Of a DNA stretch of 64,000 nt, positions 1-13,169 are shown one piece after another. Source of the stretch: Eledone cirrhosa (taxonomy: Eukaryota); the NCBI GenBank assembly GCA_964016885.1, contig OZ024742.1, positions 342,984,001-343,048,000 on the forward strand, given 5' to 3'. The position numbers and the translations under genes were made by a program. How positions within the stretch are numbered: the stretch's first letter is position 1; each line of letters opens with the position of its first letter. Below the pieces are notes generated by a model. That model was not told the origin of the DNA. It ran no database searches and saw only the letters and a program-made list of their open reading frames with translations.

Positions 1-1149
1 AGTGGTATGAAGTATGTGATCTCCTGTGGTATGAAGTATGTGATCTACAGTGGTATGAAGTATGTGATCTCCAGTGGTCTGAAGTATGTGATCTACAGTG
101 GTATGAAGTATGTGATATCCTGTGGTATGAAGTATGTGATCTCCAGTGGTATGAAGTATGTCAGCTCCAGTGGTATGAAGTATGTGATCTCCTGTGGTAT
201 GAAGTATGTGATCTACAGTGGTATGAAGTATGTGATCTCCAGTGGTATGAAGTATGTGATCTACAGTGGTATGAAGTATGTGATATCCTGTGGTATGAAG
301 TATGTGATCTCCAGTGGTATGAAGTATGTCAGCTCCAGTGGTATGAAGTATGTGATCTCCAGTGGTATGAAGTAAGCGATCTACAGTGGTATGAAGTATG
401 TGATCTCCTGTGGTATGAAGTATGTTAGCTCCTGTGGTATGAAGTATGTGATCTCCAGTGGTATGAAGTATGTGATCTCCAGTGGTATGAAGTATGTGAA
501 CTCCAGTGGTATGAAGTATGTAATCACCAGTGGTATGAAGTATGTGATTGTGGTATGAAGTATGTGATCTCCAGTAGTATGAAGTATTTCAGCTCCAGTG
601 GTATGAAGTATGTCAGCTCCAGTGGTATGAAGTATGTGATCTACAGTGGTATGAAGTATGTGATCTACAGTGGTATGAAGTATATGATATCCTGTGATAT
701 GAAGTATGTGATATCCTGTGGTATGAAGTATGTGATATCCTGTGGTATGAAGTATGTGATCTCCAGTAGTATGAAGTATGTCAGCTCCAGTGGTATGAAG
801 TATGTGATCTCCAGTAGTATGAAGTATGTCAGCTCCAGTGGTATGAATTATGTGATCTCCAGTGGTATAAAGTATGTCAACTCCAGTGGTATGAAGTTTG
901 TGATCTCCAGTGGTATGAAGTATGTGATCTCCAGTGGTATGAAGTATGTCAGCTCTAGTGGTATGAAGTATGTGATATCCTGTGGTATGAAGTATGTGAT
1001 CTACAGTGGTATGATGTATGTGATCTACAGTGGTATGAAGTATGTCATATCCTGTGGTATGAAGTATGTGATCTACAGTGGTATGAAGTATGTGATCTCC
1101 AGTGGTATGAAGTATGTGATATCCTGTGGTATGAAGTATGTGATCTATA

Positions 1150-4100
1150 GTGGTATGAAGTATGTGATCTCCAGTGGTATGAAGTATGTGATCTCCAGTG
1201 GTATGAAGTATGTGATCTCCAGTGGTATGAGGTATGTCAGCTCCAGTGGGATGAAGTATGGGATATCCTGTGGTATGAAGTATGTGATCTACAGTGGTAT
1301 GAAGTATGTGATCTCCAGTTGTATGAAGTATGTGATCTACAGTGGTATGAAGTATGTCAGCTCCAGTGGTATTAAGTATGTGATCTCCAGTGGTATGAAG
1401 TATGTGATCTCCAGTGGTATGAAGTATGTCAGCTCCAGTGGTATGAAGTATGTGATCTCCAGTGGTATGAAGTATGTGATCTCCAGTGGTATGAAGTATG
1501 TCAGCTCCAGTGGTATGAAGTATGTGATCTCCAGTGGTATGAAGTATGTCAGCTCCAGTGTTATGAAGTATGTGATCTCCAGTGGTATGAAGTATGTGAT
1601 CTCCTGTGGTATGAAGTATGTGATCTCCAGTGGTATGAAGTATGTGATCTCCAGTGGTATGAAGTATGTGATCTACAGTGGTATGAAGTATGTGATATCC
1701 TGTGGTATGAAGTATGTGATCTACAGTGGTATGAAGTATGTGATCTCCAGTGGTATGAAGTATGTGATCTACAGTGGTATGAAGTATGTAATCTCCAGTG
1801 GTATGAAGTATGTGATAACCTGTGGTATGAAGTATGTGATATCCTGTGGTATGAAGTATGTGATCTACAGTGGTATGAAGTATGTGATCTCCAGTGGTAT
1901 GAAGTATGTGATCTACAGTGGTATGAAGTATGTGATATCCTGTGGTATGAAGTATGTGATCTACAGTGGTATGAAGTATGTGATCTCCAGTGGTATGAAG
2001 TATGTGATATCCTGTGGTATGAAGTATGTGATATCCAGTGGTATGAAGTATGTGATCTACAGTGGTATGAAGTATGTGATCTCCAGTGGTATGAAGTATG
2101 TCAGCTCCAGTGGTATGAAGTATGTGATCTCCAGTGGTATGAAGTATGTGATCTCCAGTGGTATGAAATATGTGATCTACAGTGGTATGAAGTATGTGAT
2201 CTCCAGTGGTATGAAGTATGTGATCTCCAGTGGTATGAAGTATGTGATCTCCAGTGGTATGAAGTATGTGATCTCCAGTGGTATGAAGTATGTGATATCC
2301 TGTGGTATGAAGTATGTGATCTCCAGTGGTATGATGTATGTCAGCTCCAGTGGTATGAAGTATTTGATCTCCAGTGGTATGAAATATGTGATCTACAGTG
2401 GTTTGAAGTATGTTAGCTCCAGTGGTATGAAGTATGTGATCTACAGTGGTATGAAGTATGTCAGCTCCAGTGGTATGAAGTATGTGATCTCCAGTGGTAT
2501 GAAGTATGTGATCTCCTGTGGTATGAAGTATGTGATCTACAGTGGTATGAAGTATGTGATCTACAGTGGTATGAAGTATGTGATCTACAGTGGTATGAAG
2601 TATGTGATCTACAGTGGTATGAAGTATGTGATCTACAGTGGTATGAAGTATGTGATCTCCAGTGGTATGAAGTATGTCAGCTCCAGTGGTATGAAGTATG
2701 TGATCTACAGTGGTATGAAGTATGTGATCTCCAGTGGTATGAAGTATGTGATCTCCAGTGGTATGAAGTATGTGATCTCCAGTGGTATGAAGTATGTGAT
2801 CTCCATTGGTATGAAGTATGTGATCTACAGTGGTATGAAGTATGTCACCTCCATTGGTATGAAGTATTTGATCTACACTGGTATGAAGTATGTGATCTAC
2901 AGTGGTATGAAGTATGTGATCTACAGTGGTATGAAGTATGTCAGCTCCAGTGGTATGAAGTATATGATCTACAGTGGTATGAAGTATGTGATCTACAGTG
3001 GTATGAAGTATGTGATCTACAGTGGTATGAAGTATGTCAGCTCCAGTGGTATGAAGTATGTGATCTACAGTGGTATGAAGTATGTAATCTACAGTGGTAT
3101 GAAGTATGTGATCTCCAGTGGTATGAAGTATGTGATCTCCTGTCGTATGAAATATGTCAGCTCCAGTGGTATGAAATATGTGATCTCCAGTGGTATGAAG
3201 TATGTGATCTCCAGTGGTATGAAATTTGTGATCTACAGTGGTATGAAGTATGTGATCTCCAGTGGTATGAAGTATGTGATCTCCAGTGATATGAAATATG
3301 TGATCTCCAGTGGTATGAAGTATGTGATCTCCAGTGGTATGAAGTATGTCATATCCTGTGGTATGAAGTATGTGATCTACAGTGGTATGAAGTATGTGAT
3401 CTCCAGTGGTATGAAGTATGTGATCTCCAGTGGTATGAGGTATGTCAGCTCCAGTGGGATGAAGTATGGGATATCCTGTGGTATGAAGTATGTGATCTAC
3501 AGTGGTATGAAGTATGTGATCTCCAGTTGTATGAAGTATGTGATCTACAGTGGTATGAAGTATGTCAGCTCCAGTGGTATTAAGTATGTGATCTCCAGTG
3601 GTATGAAGTATGTGATCTCCAGTGGTATGAAGTATGTCAGCTCCAGTGGTATGAAGTATGTGATCTCCAGTGGTATGAAGTATGTGATCTCCAGTGGTAT
3701 GAAGTATGTCAGCTCCAGTGGTATGAAGTATGTGATCTCCAGTGGTATGAAGTATGTCAGCTCCAGTGTTATGAAGTATGTGATCTCCAGTGGTATGAAG
3801 TATGTGATCTCCTGTGGTATGAAGTATGTGATCTCCAGTGGTATGAAGTATGTGATCTCCAGTGCTATGAAGTATGTGATCTACAGTGGTATGAAGTATG
3901 TGATATCCTGTGGTATGAAGTATGTGATCTACAGTGGTATGAAGTATGTGATCTCCAGTGGTATGAAGTATGTGATCTACAGTGGTATGAAGTATGTAAT
4001 CTCCAGTGGTATGAAGTATGTGATAACCTGTGGTATGAAGTATGTGATATCCTGTGGTATGAAGTATGTGATCTACAGTGGTATGAAGTATGTGATCTCC

Positions 4101-5770
4101 AGTGGTATGAAGTATGTGATCTACAGTGGTATGAAGTATGTGATATCCTGTGGTATGAAGTATGTGATCTACAGTGGTATGAAGTATGTGATCTCCAGTG
4201 GTATGAAGTATGTGATATCCTGTGGTATGAAGTATGTGATATCCAGTGGTATGAAGTATGTGATCTACAGTGGTATGAAGTATGTGATCTACAGTGGTAT
4301 GAAGTATGTGATCTCCAGTGGTATGAAGTATGTGATCTCCAGTGGTATGAAGTATGTGATCTACAGTGGTATGAAGTATGTGATCTCCAGTGGTATGAAG
4401 TATGTGATCTCCTGTGGTATGAAATATGTCAGCTCCAGTGGTATGAAGTATGTGATCTCCAGTGGTATGAAGTATGTGATCTCCAGTGGTATGAAATATG
4501 TGATCTACAGTGGTATGAAGTATGTGATCTCCAGTGGTATGAAGTATGTGATCTCCAGTGGTATGAAGTATGTGATCTACAGTGGTATGAAGTATGTGAT
4601 CTCCAGTGGTATGAAGTATGTGATATCCTGTGGTATGAAGTATGTGATCTCCAGTGGTATGATGTATGTCAGCTCCAGTGGTATGAAGTATTTGATCTCC
4701 AGTGGTATGAAATATGTGATCTACAGTGGTATGAAGTATGTTAGCTCCAGTGGTATGAAGTATGTGATCTACAGTGGTATGAAGTATGTCAGCTCCAGTG
4801 GTATGAAGTATGTGATCTCCAGTGGTATGAAGTATGTGATCTCCTGTGGTATGAAGTATGTGATCTACAGTGGTATGAAGTATGTGATCTACAGTGGTAT
4901 GAAGTATGTGATCTACAGTGGTATGAAGTATGTGATCTACAGTGGTATGAAGTATGTGATCTACAGTGGTATGAAGTATGTGATCTCCAGTGGTATGAAG
5001 TATGTCAGCTCCAGTGGTATGAAGTATGTGATCTACAGTGGTATGAAGTATGTGATCTCCAGTGGTATGAAGTATGTGATCTCCAGTGGTATGAAGTATG
5101 TGATCTCCAGTGGTATGAAGTATGTGATCTACAGTGGTATGAAGTATGTCAGCTCCAGTGGTATGAAGTATGTGATCTCCATTGGTATGAAGTATGTGAT
5201 CTACAGTGGTATGAAGTATGTGATCTACAGTGGTATGAAGTATGTCAGCTCCAGTGGTATGAAGTATATGATCTACAGTGGTATGAAGTATGTGATCTAC
5301 AGTGGTATGAAGTATGTGATCTACAGTGGTATGAAGTATGTCAGCTCCAATGGTATGAAATATGTGATCTACAGTGGTATGAAGTATGTAATCTACAGTG
5401 GTATGAAGTATGTGATCTCCAGTGGTATGAAGTATGTGATCTCCTGTCGTATGAAATATGTCAGCTCCAGTGGTATGAAGTATGTGATCTCCAGTGGTAT
5501 GAAGTATGTGATCTCCAGTGGTATGAAATTTGTGATCTACAGTGGTATGAAGTATGTGATCTCCAGTGGTATGAAGTATGTGATCTCCAGTGATATGAAA
5601 TATGTGATCTCCAGTGGTATGAAGTATGTGATCTCCAGTGGTATGAAGTATGTCATATCCTGTGGTATGAAGTATGTGATCTACAGTGGTATGAAGTATG
5701 TGATCTCCAGTGGTATGAAGTATGTGAACTACAGTGGTATGAAGTATGTAATCTCCAGTGGTATGAAGTA
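1150..5770. repeat. Higher-order tandem duplication, two copies of about 2.2-2.3 kb (92-97 monomers)
   Basis: Rare string GAGGTATGTCAGCTCCAGTGGGATGAAGTATGGGATATCC occurs at about 1229 and 3437 (offset 2208). ATGATGTATG followed by TATTTGATC at 2331/4659 (2328). TGTCGT at 3141/5445 (2304). Boundaries approximate. Confidence 0.85.
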
Positions 5771-6999
5771 TTGATAACCTGTGGTATGAAGTATGTGATA
5801 TCCTGTGGTATGAAGTATGTGATATCCTGTGGTATGAAGTATGTGATATCCAGTGGTATGAAGTATGTGATATCCTGTGGTATGAAGTATGTGATCTCCA
5901 GTGGTATGAAGTATGTGATCTACAGTGGTATGAAGTATGTAATCTCCAGTGGTATGAAGTATGTGATCTCCAGTGGTATGAAGTATGTGATCTCCAGTGG
6001 TATGAAGTATGTGATCTACAGTGGTATGAATTATGTAATCTCCAGTGGTATGAAGTATGTGATCTACAGTGGTATGAAGTATGTGATCTACAGTGGTATG
6101 AAGTATGTGATCTACAGTGGTATGAAGTATGTGATCTCCAGTGGTATGAAGTATGTAATCTACAGTGGTATGAAGTATGTTAGCTCCAGTGGTATGAAGT
6201 ATGTGATCTACAGTGGTATGAAGTATGTCAGCTCCAGTGGTATGAAGTATGTGATCTACAGTGGTATGAAGTATGTGATCTCCTGTGGTATGAAGTATGT
6301 GATCTACAGTGGTATGAAGTATGTGATCTACAGTGGTATGAAGTATGTGATCTACAGTGGTATGAAGTATGTGATCTACAGTGGTATGAAGTATGTGATC
6401 TACAGTGGTATGAAGTATGTCAGCTCCAGTGGTATGAAGTATGTGATCTACAGTGGTATGAAGTATGTGATCTCCAGTGGTATGAAGTATGTGATCTCCA
6501 GTGGTATGAAGTATGTGATCTCCAGTGGTATGAAGTATGTGATCTCCATTGGTATGAAGTATGTGATCTACAGTGGTATGAAGTATGTCAGCTCCAGTGG
6601 TATGAAGTATGTGATCTACAGTGGTATGAAGTATGTGATCTACAGTGGTATGAAGTATGTGATCTACAGTGGTATGAAGTATGTCAGCTCCAGTGGTTTG
6701 AAGTATATGATCTACAGTGGTATGAAGTATGTGATCTACAGTGGTATGAAGTATGTGATCTACAGTGGTATGAAGTATGTAATCTACAGTGGTATGAAGT
6801 ATGTGATCTCCAGTGGTATGAAGTATGTGATCTCCTATTGTATGAAATATGTCAGCTCCAGTGGTATGAAGTATGTGATCTCCAGTGGTATGAAGTATGT
6901 GATCTCCAGTGGTATGAAATTTGTGATCTACAGTGGTATGAAGTATGTTATCTCCAGTGGTATGAAGTATGTGATCTCCAGTGATATGAAATATGTGAT

Positions 7000-9900
7000 C
7001 TCCAGTGGTATGAAGTATGTGATCTCCAGTGGTATGAAGTATGTCATATCCTGTGGTATGAAGTATGTGATCTCCAGTGGTATGAAGTATGTCAGCTCCA
7101 GTGGTATGAAGTATGTGATCTCCAGTGGTATGAAGTATGTGATCTCCAGTGGTATGAAATATGTGATCTACAGTGGTATGAAGTATGTTAGCTCCAGTGG
7201 TATGAAGTATGTGATCTCCAGTGGTATGAAGTATGTGATCTCCTGTGGTATGAAGTATGTGATCTACAGTGGTATGAAGTATGTGATCTACAGTGGTATG
7301 AAGTATGTGATCTACAGTGGTATGAAGTATGTGATCTACAGTGGTATGAAGTATGTGATCTACAGTGGTATGAAGTATGTCAGCTCCAGTGGTATGAAGT
7401 ATGTGATCTACAGTGGTATGAAGTATGTCAGCTCCAGTTGTATGAAGTATGTGATCTCCAGTGGTATGAAGTATGTGATCTTCAGTGGTATGAAGTATGT
7501 GATCTCCATTGGTATGAAGTATGTGATCTACAGTGGTATGAAGTATGTGATCTACAGTGGTATGAAGTATGTGATCTACAGTGGTATGAAGTATGTGATC
7601 TACAGTGGTATGAAGTATGTGATCTACAGTGGTATGAATTATGTTATCTACAGTGGTATGAAGTATGTCTGCTCCAGTAGTATGAAGTATGTGATCTACA
7701 GTGATATGAAGTATGTGATCTACAGTGGTATGAAGTATGTCAGCTCCAGTGGTATGAAGTATGTGATCTACAGTGGTATGAAGTATGTGATCTACAGTGG
7801 TATGAATATGTGATCTACAGTGGTATGAAGTATGTGATCTCCAGTAGTATGAAGTATGTGATCTACAGTGGTATGAAGTATGTGATCTCCAGTGGTATGA
7901 AGTATGTGATCTACAGTGGTATGAAGTATGTGATCTACAGTGGTATGAAGTATGTGATCTACAGTGGTATGCAGTATGTGATCTACAGTGGTATGAAGTA
8001 TGTGATCTACAGTGGTATGAAGTATGTGATCTACAGTGGTATGAAGTATGTCAGCTCCAGTGGTATGAAGTATGTGATTTACAGTGGTATGAAGTATGTG
8101 ATCTACAGTGGTATGAAGTATGTGATATCCTGTGGTATGAAGTATGTGATCTCCTGTGGTATGAAGTATGTGACATCCTGTGGTATGAAGTATGTGATAT
8201 CCAGTGGTATGAAGTATGATATCTACAGTGGTATGAAGTATGTGATCTACAGTGGTATGAAGTATGTGATATCCTGTGGTATGAAGTATGTGATCTCCAG
8301 TGGTATGAAGTATGTGATATCCTGTGGTATGAAGTATGTGATATCCTGTGGTATGAAGTATGTGATCTACAGTGGTATGAAGTATGTGATATCCTGTGGT
8401 ATGAAGTATGTGATCTCCAGTGGTATGAAGTATGTGATATCCTGTGGTATGAAGTATGTGATATCCTGTGGTATGAAGTATGTGATCTACAGTGGTATGA
8501 TGTATGTAATCTCCAGTGGTATGAAGTATGTGATCTACAGTGGTATGAAGTATGTAATCTCCAGTGGTATGAAGTATGTGATGTCCAGTGGTATGAAGTA
8601 TGTGATCTCCAGTGGTATGAAGTATGTGATCTCCAGTGGTATGAAGTATGTGAACTCCAGTGGTATGAAGTATGTAATCTCCAGTGGTATGAAGTATGTG
8701 ATTGTGGTATGAAGTATGTGATCTCCAGTAGTATGAAGTATTTCAGCTCCAGTGGTATGAAGTATGTCAGCTCCAGTGGTATGAAGTATGTGATCTCCAG
8801 TGGTATGAAGTATGTGATCTCCAGTGGTATGAAGTATGTGATCTCCAGTGGTATGAAGTATGTCATCTCCAGTGGTATGAAGTATGTGATCTCCAGTGGT
8901 ATGAAGTATGTGATCTCCAGTGGTATGAAGTATGTGATATACAGTGGTATGAAGTATGTGATCTACAGTGGTATGAAGTATGTGATCTCCAGTGGTATGA
9001 AGTATGTGATATCCAGTGGTATGAAGTATGTGATCTACAGTGGTATGAAGTATCTCAGCTCCAGTGGTATGAAGTATGTGATCTCCTGTGGTATGAAGTA
9101 TGTGATCTACAGTGGTATGAAGTATGTGATCTCCGGTGGTATGAAGTATGTGATCTACAGTGGTATGAAGTATGTGATCTCCTGTGGTATGAAGTATGTG
9201 ATCTCCAGTGGTATGAAGTATGTCAGCTCCAGTGGTATGAAGTATGTGATCTCCTGTGGTATGAAGTATGTGATCTACAGTGGTATGAAGTATGTGATCT
9301 CCAGTGGTATGAAGTATGTGATCTACAGTGGTATGAAGTATGTGATATCCTGTGGTATGAAGTATGTGATCTCCAGTGGTATGAAGTATGTCAGCTCCAG
9401 TGGTATGAAGTATGTGATCTCCAGTGGTATGAAGTATGCGATCTACAGTGGTATGAAGTATGTGATCTCCTGTGGTATGAAGTATGTGATCTACAGTGGT
9501 ATGAAGTATGTTAGCTCCTGTGGTATGAAGTACGTGATCTCCAGTGGTATGAAGTATGTGATCTAAAGTGGTATGAAGTATGTGATCTACAGTGGTATGA
9601 AGTATGTGATCTACAGTGGTATGAAGTATGTGATATCCTGTGATATGAAGTATGTGATATCCTGTGGTATGAAGTATGTGATATCCTGTGGTATGAAGTA
9701 TGTGATCTACAGTGGTATGAAGTATGTCAGCTCCAGTGGTATGAAGTATGTGATCTCCAGTAGTATGAAGTATGTCAGCTCCAGTGGTATGAATTATGTG
9801 ATCTCCAGTGGTATGAAGTATGTCAACTCCAGTGGTATGAAGTATGTGATCTCCAGTGGTATGAAGTATGTGATCTCCTGTCGTATGAAATATGTCAGCT

Positions 9901-12800
9901 CCAGTGGTATGAAGTATGTGATCTCCAGTGGTATGAAGTATGTGATCTCCAGTGGTATGAAATTTGTGATCTACAGTGGTATGAAGTATGTGATCTCCAG
10001 TGGTATGAAGTATGTCATATCCTGTGGTATGAAGTATGTGATCTCCAGTGGTATGTAGTATGTCAGCTCCAGTGGTATGAAGTATGTGATCTCCAGTGGT
10101 ATGAAGTATGTGATCTCCAGTGGTATGAAATATGTGATCTACAGTGGTATGAAGTATGTGATCTCCAGTGGTATGAAGTATGTTAGCTCCAGTGGTATGA
10201 AGTATGTGATCTCCAGTGGTATGAAGTATGTGATCTCCTGTCGTATGAAATATGTGATCTACAGTGGTATGAAGTATGTGATCTACAGTGATATGAAGTA
10301 TGTGATCTACAGTGGTATGAAGTATGTGATCTACAGTGGTATGATGTATGTGATCTACAGTGGTATGAAGTATGTCAGCTCCAGTGGTATGAAGTATGTG
10401 ATCTACAGTGGTATGAAGTATGTCAGCTCCAGTTGTATGAAGTATGTGATCTCCAGTGGTATGAAGTATGTGATCTTCAGTGGTATGAAGTATGTGATCT
10501 CCATTGGTATGAAGTATGTGATCTACAGTGGTATGAAGTATGTGATCTACAGTGGTATGAAGTATGTGATCTACAGTGGTATGAAGTATGTGATCTACAG
10601 TGGTATGAAGTATGTCAGCTCCAGTGGTATGAAGTATGTGATCTAAAGTGGTATGAAGTATGTGATCTACAGTGGTATGAATTATGTTATCTACAGTGGT
10701 ATGAAGTATGTCTGCTCCAGTGGTATGAAGTATGTGATCTACAGTGGTATGAAGTATGTGATCTACAGTGGTATGAAGTATGTCAGCTCCAGTGGTATGA
10801 AGTATGTGATCTACAGTGGTATGAAGTATGTGATCTACAGTGGTATGAATATGTGATCTACAGTGGTATGAAGTATGTGATCTCCAGTAGTATGAAGTAT
10901 GTGATCTAGAGTGGTATGAAGTATGTGATCTACAGTGGTATGAAGTATGTGATCTACAGTGGTATGAAGTATGTGATCTACAGTGGTATGAAGTATGTGA
11001 TCTACAGTGGTATGCAGTATGTGATCTACAGTGGTATGAAGTATGTGATCTACAGTGGTATGAAGTATGTGATCTACAGTGGTATGAAGTATGTCAGCTC
11101 CAGTGGTATGAAGTATGTGATCTACAGTGGTATGAAGTATGTGATCTACAGTGGTATGAAGTATGTGATATCCTGTGGTATGAAGTATGTGATCTCCTGT
11201 GGTATGAAGTATGTGATATCCTGTGGTATGAAGTATGTGATATCCAGTGGTATGAAGTATGTGATCTACAGTGGTATGAAGTATGTGATCTACAGTGGTA
11301 TGAAGTATGTGATATCCTGTGGTATGAAGTATGTGATCTCCAGTGGTATGAAGTATGTGATATCCTGTGGTATGAAGTATGTGATATCCTGTGGTATGAA
11401 GTATGTGATCTACAGTGGTATGAAGTATGTGATATCCTGTGGTATGAAGTATGTGATCTCCAGTGGTATGAAGTATGTGATATCCTGTGGTATGAAGTAT
11501 GTGATATCCTGTGGTATGAAGTATGTGATCTACAGTGGTATGATGTATGTAATCTCCAGTGGTATGAAGTATGTGATCTACAGTGGTATGAAGTATGTAA
11601 TCTCCAGTGGTATGAAGTATGTGATGTCCAGTGGTATGAAGTATGTGATTGTGGTATGAAGTATGTGATCTCCAGTAGTATGAAGTATTTCAGCTCCAGT
11701 GGTATGAAGTATGTCAGCTCCAGTGGTATGAAGTATGTGATCTCCAGTGGTATGAAGTATGTGATCTCCAGTGGTATGAAGTATGTCATCTCCAGTGGTA
11801 TGAAGTATGTGATCTCCAGTGGTATGAAGTATGTGATCTCCAGTGGTATGAAGTATGTGATATACAGTGGTATGAAGTATGTGATCTACAGTGGTATGAA
11901 GTATGTGATCTCCAGTGGTATGAAGTATGTGATATCCAGTGGTATGAAGTATGTGATCTACAGTGGTATGAAGTATCTCAGCTCCAGTGGTATGAAGTAT
12001 GTGATCTCCTGTGGTATGAAGTATGTGATCTACAGTGGTATGAAGTATGTGATCTCCGGTGGAATGAAGTATGCGATCTACAGTGGTATGAAGTATGTGA
12101 TCTCCTGTGGTATGAAGTATGTGATCTCCAGTGGTATGAAGTATGTCAGCTCCAGTGGTATGAAGTATGTGATCTCCTGTGGTATGAAGTATGTGATCTA
12201 CAGTGGTATGAAGTATGTGATCTCCAGTGGTATGAAGTATGTGATCTACAGTGGTATGAAGTATGTGATATCCTGTGGTATGAAGTATGTGATCTCCAGT
12301 GGTATGAAGTATGTCAGCTCCAGTGGTATGAAGTATGTGATCTCCAGTGTTATGAAGTATGCGATCTACAGTGGTATGAAGTATGTGATCTCCTGTGGTA
12401 TGAAGTATGTGATCTACAGTGGTATGAAGTATGTTAGCTCCTGTGGTATGAAGTATGTGATCTCCAGTGGTATGAAGTATGTGATCTAAAGTGGTATGAA
12501 GTATGTGATCTACAGTGGTATGAAGTATGGGATCTACAGTGGTATGAAGTATGTGATATCCTGTGATATGAAGTATGTGATATCCTGTGGTATGAAGTAT
12601 GTGATATCCTGTGGTATGAAGTATGTGATCTCCAGTGGTATGAAGTATGTCAGCTCCAGTGGTATGAAGTATGTGATCTCCAGTAGTATGAAGTATGTCA
12701 GCTCCAGTGGTATGAAGTATGTGATCTCCAGTGGTATGAAGTATGTCAACTCCAGTGGTATGAAGTATGTGATCTCCAGTGGTATGAAGTATGTGATCTC
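7000..12800. repeat. Higher-order tandem duplication, two copies of about 2.9-3.0 kb
   Basis: Same ordered markers in both copies: GAATATG deletion 7804/10847 (3043), ATGCAG variant, 20-bp monomer 8700/11647 (2947), ATCTAAAG about 9561/12484 (2923). The offset shrinks by whole monomers. Boundaries approximate. Confidence 0.85.
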
Positions 12801-13169
12801 CAGTGGTATGAAGTATGTCAGCTCCAGTGGTATGAAGTATGTGATATCCTGTGGTATGAAGTATGTGATCTACAGTGGTATGAAGTATGTGATCTACAGT
12901 GGTATGAAGTATGTGATCTACAGTGGTATGAAGTATGTGATCTACAGTGGTATGAAGTATGTGATCTCCAGTGGTATGAAGTATGTGATCTACAGTGGTA
13001 TGAAGTATGTGATCTCCAGTGGTATGAAGTATGTGATCTCCAGTGGTATGAAGTATGTGATCTCCAGTGGTTTGAAGTATGTGATCTACAGTGGTATGAA
13101 ATATGTGATCTACAGTGGTATGAAGTATGTGATATCCTGTGGTATGAAGTATGTGATCTATAGTGGTAT

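Noticed and set aside
5765-5780. Singleton 1-bp deletion (TATTGATAAC)
   Set aside because: Not shared by paralogous copies (about 14970, 18690), so it cannot be distinguished from a consensus error.
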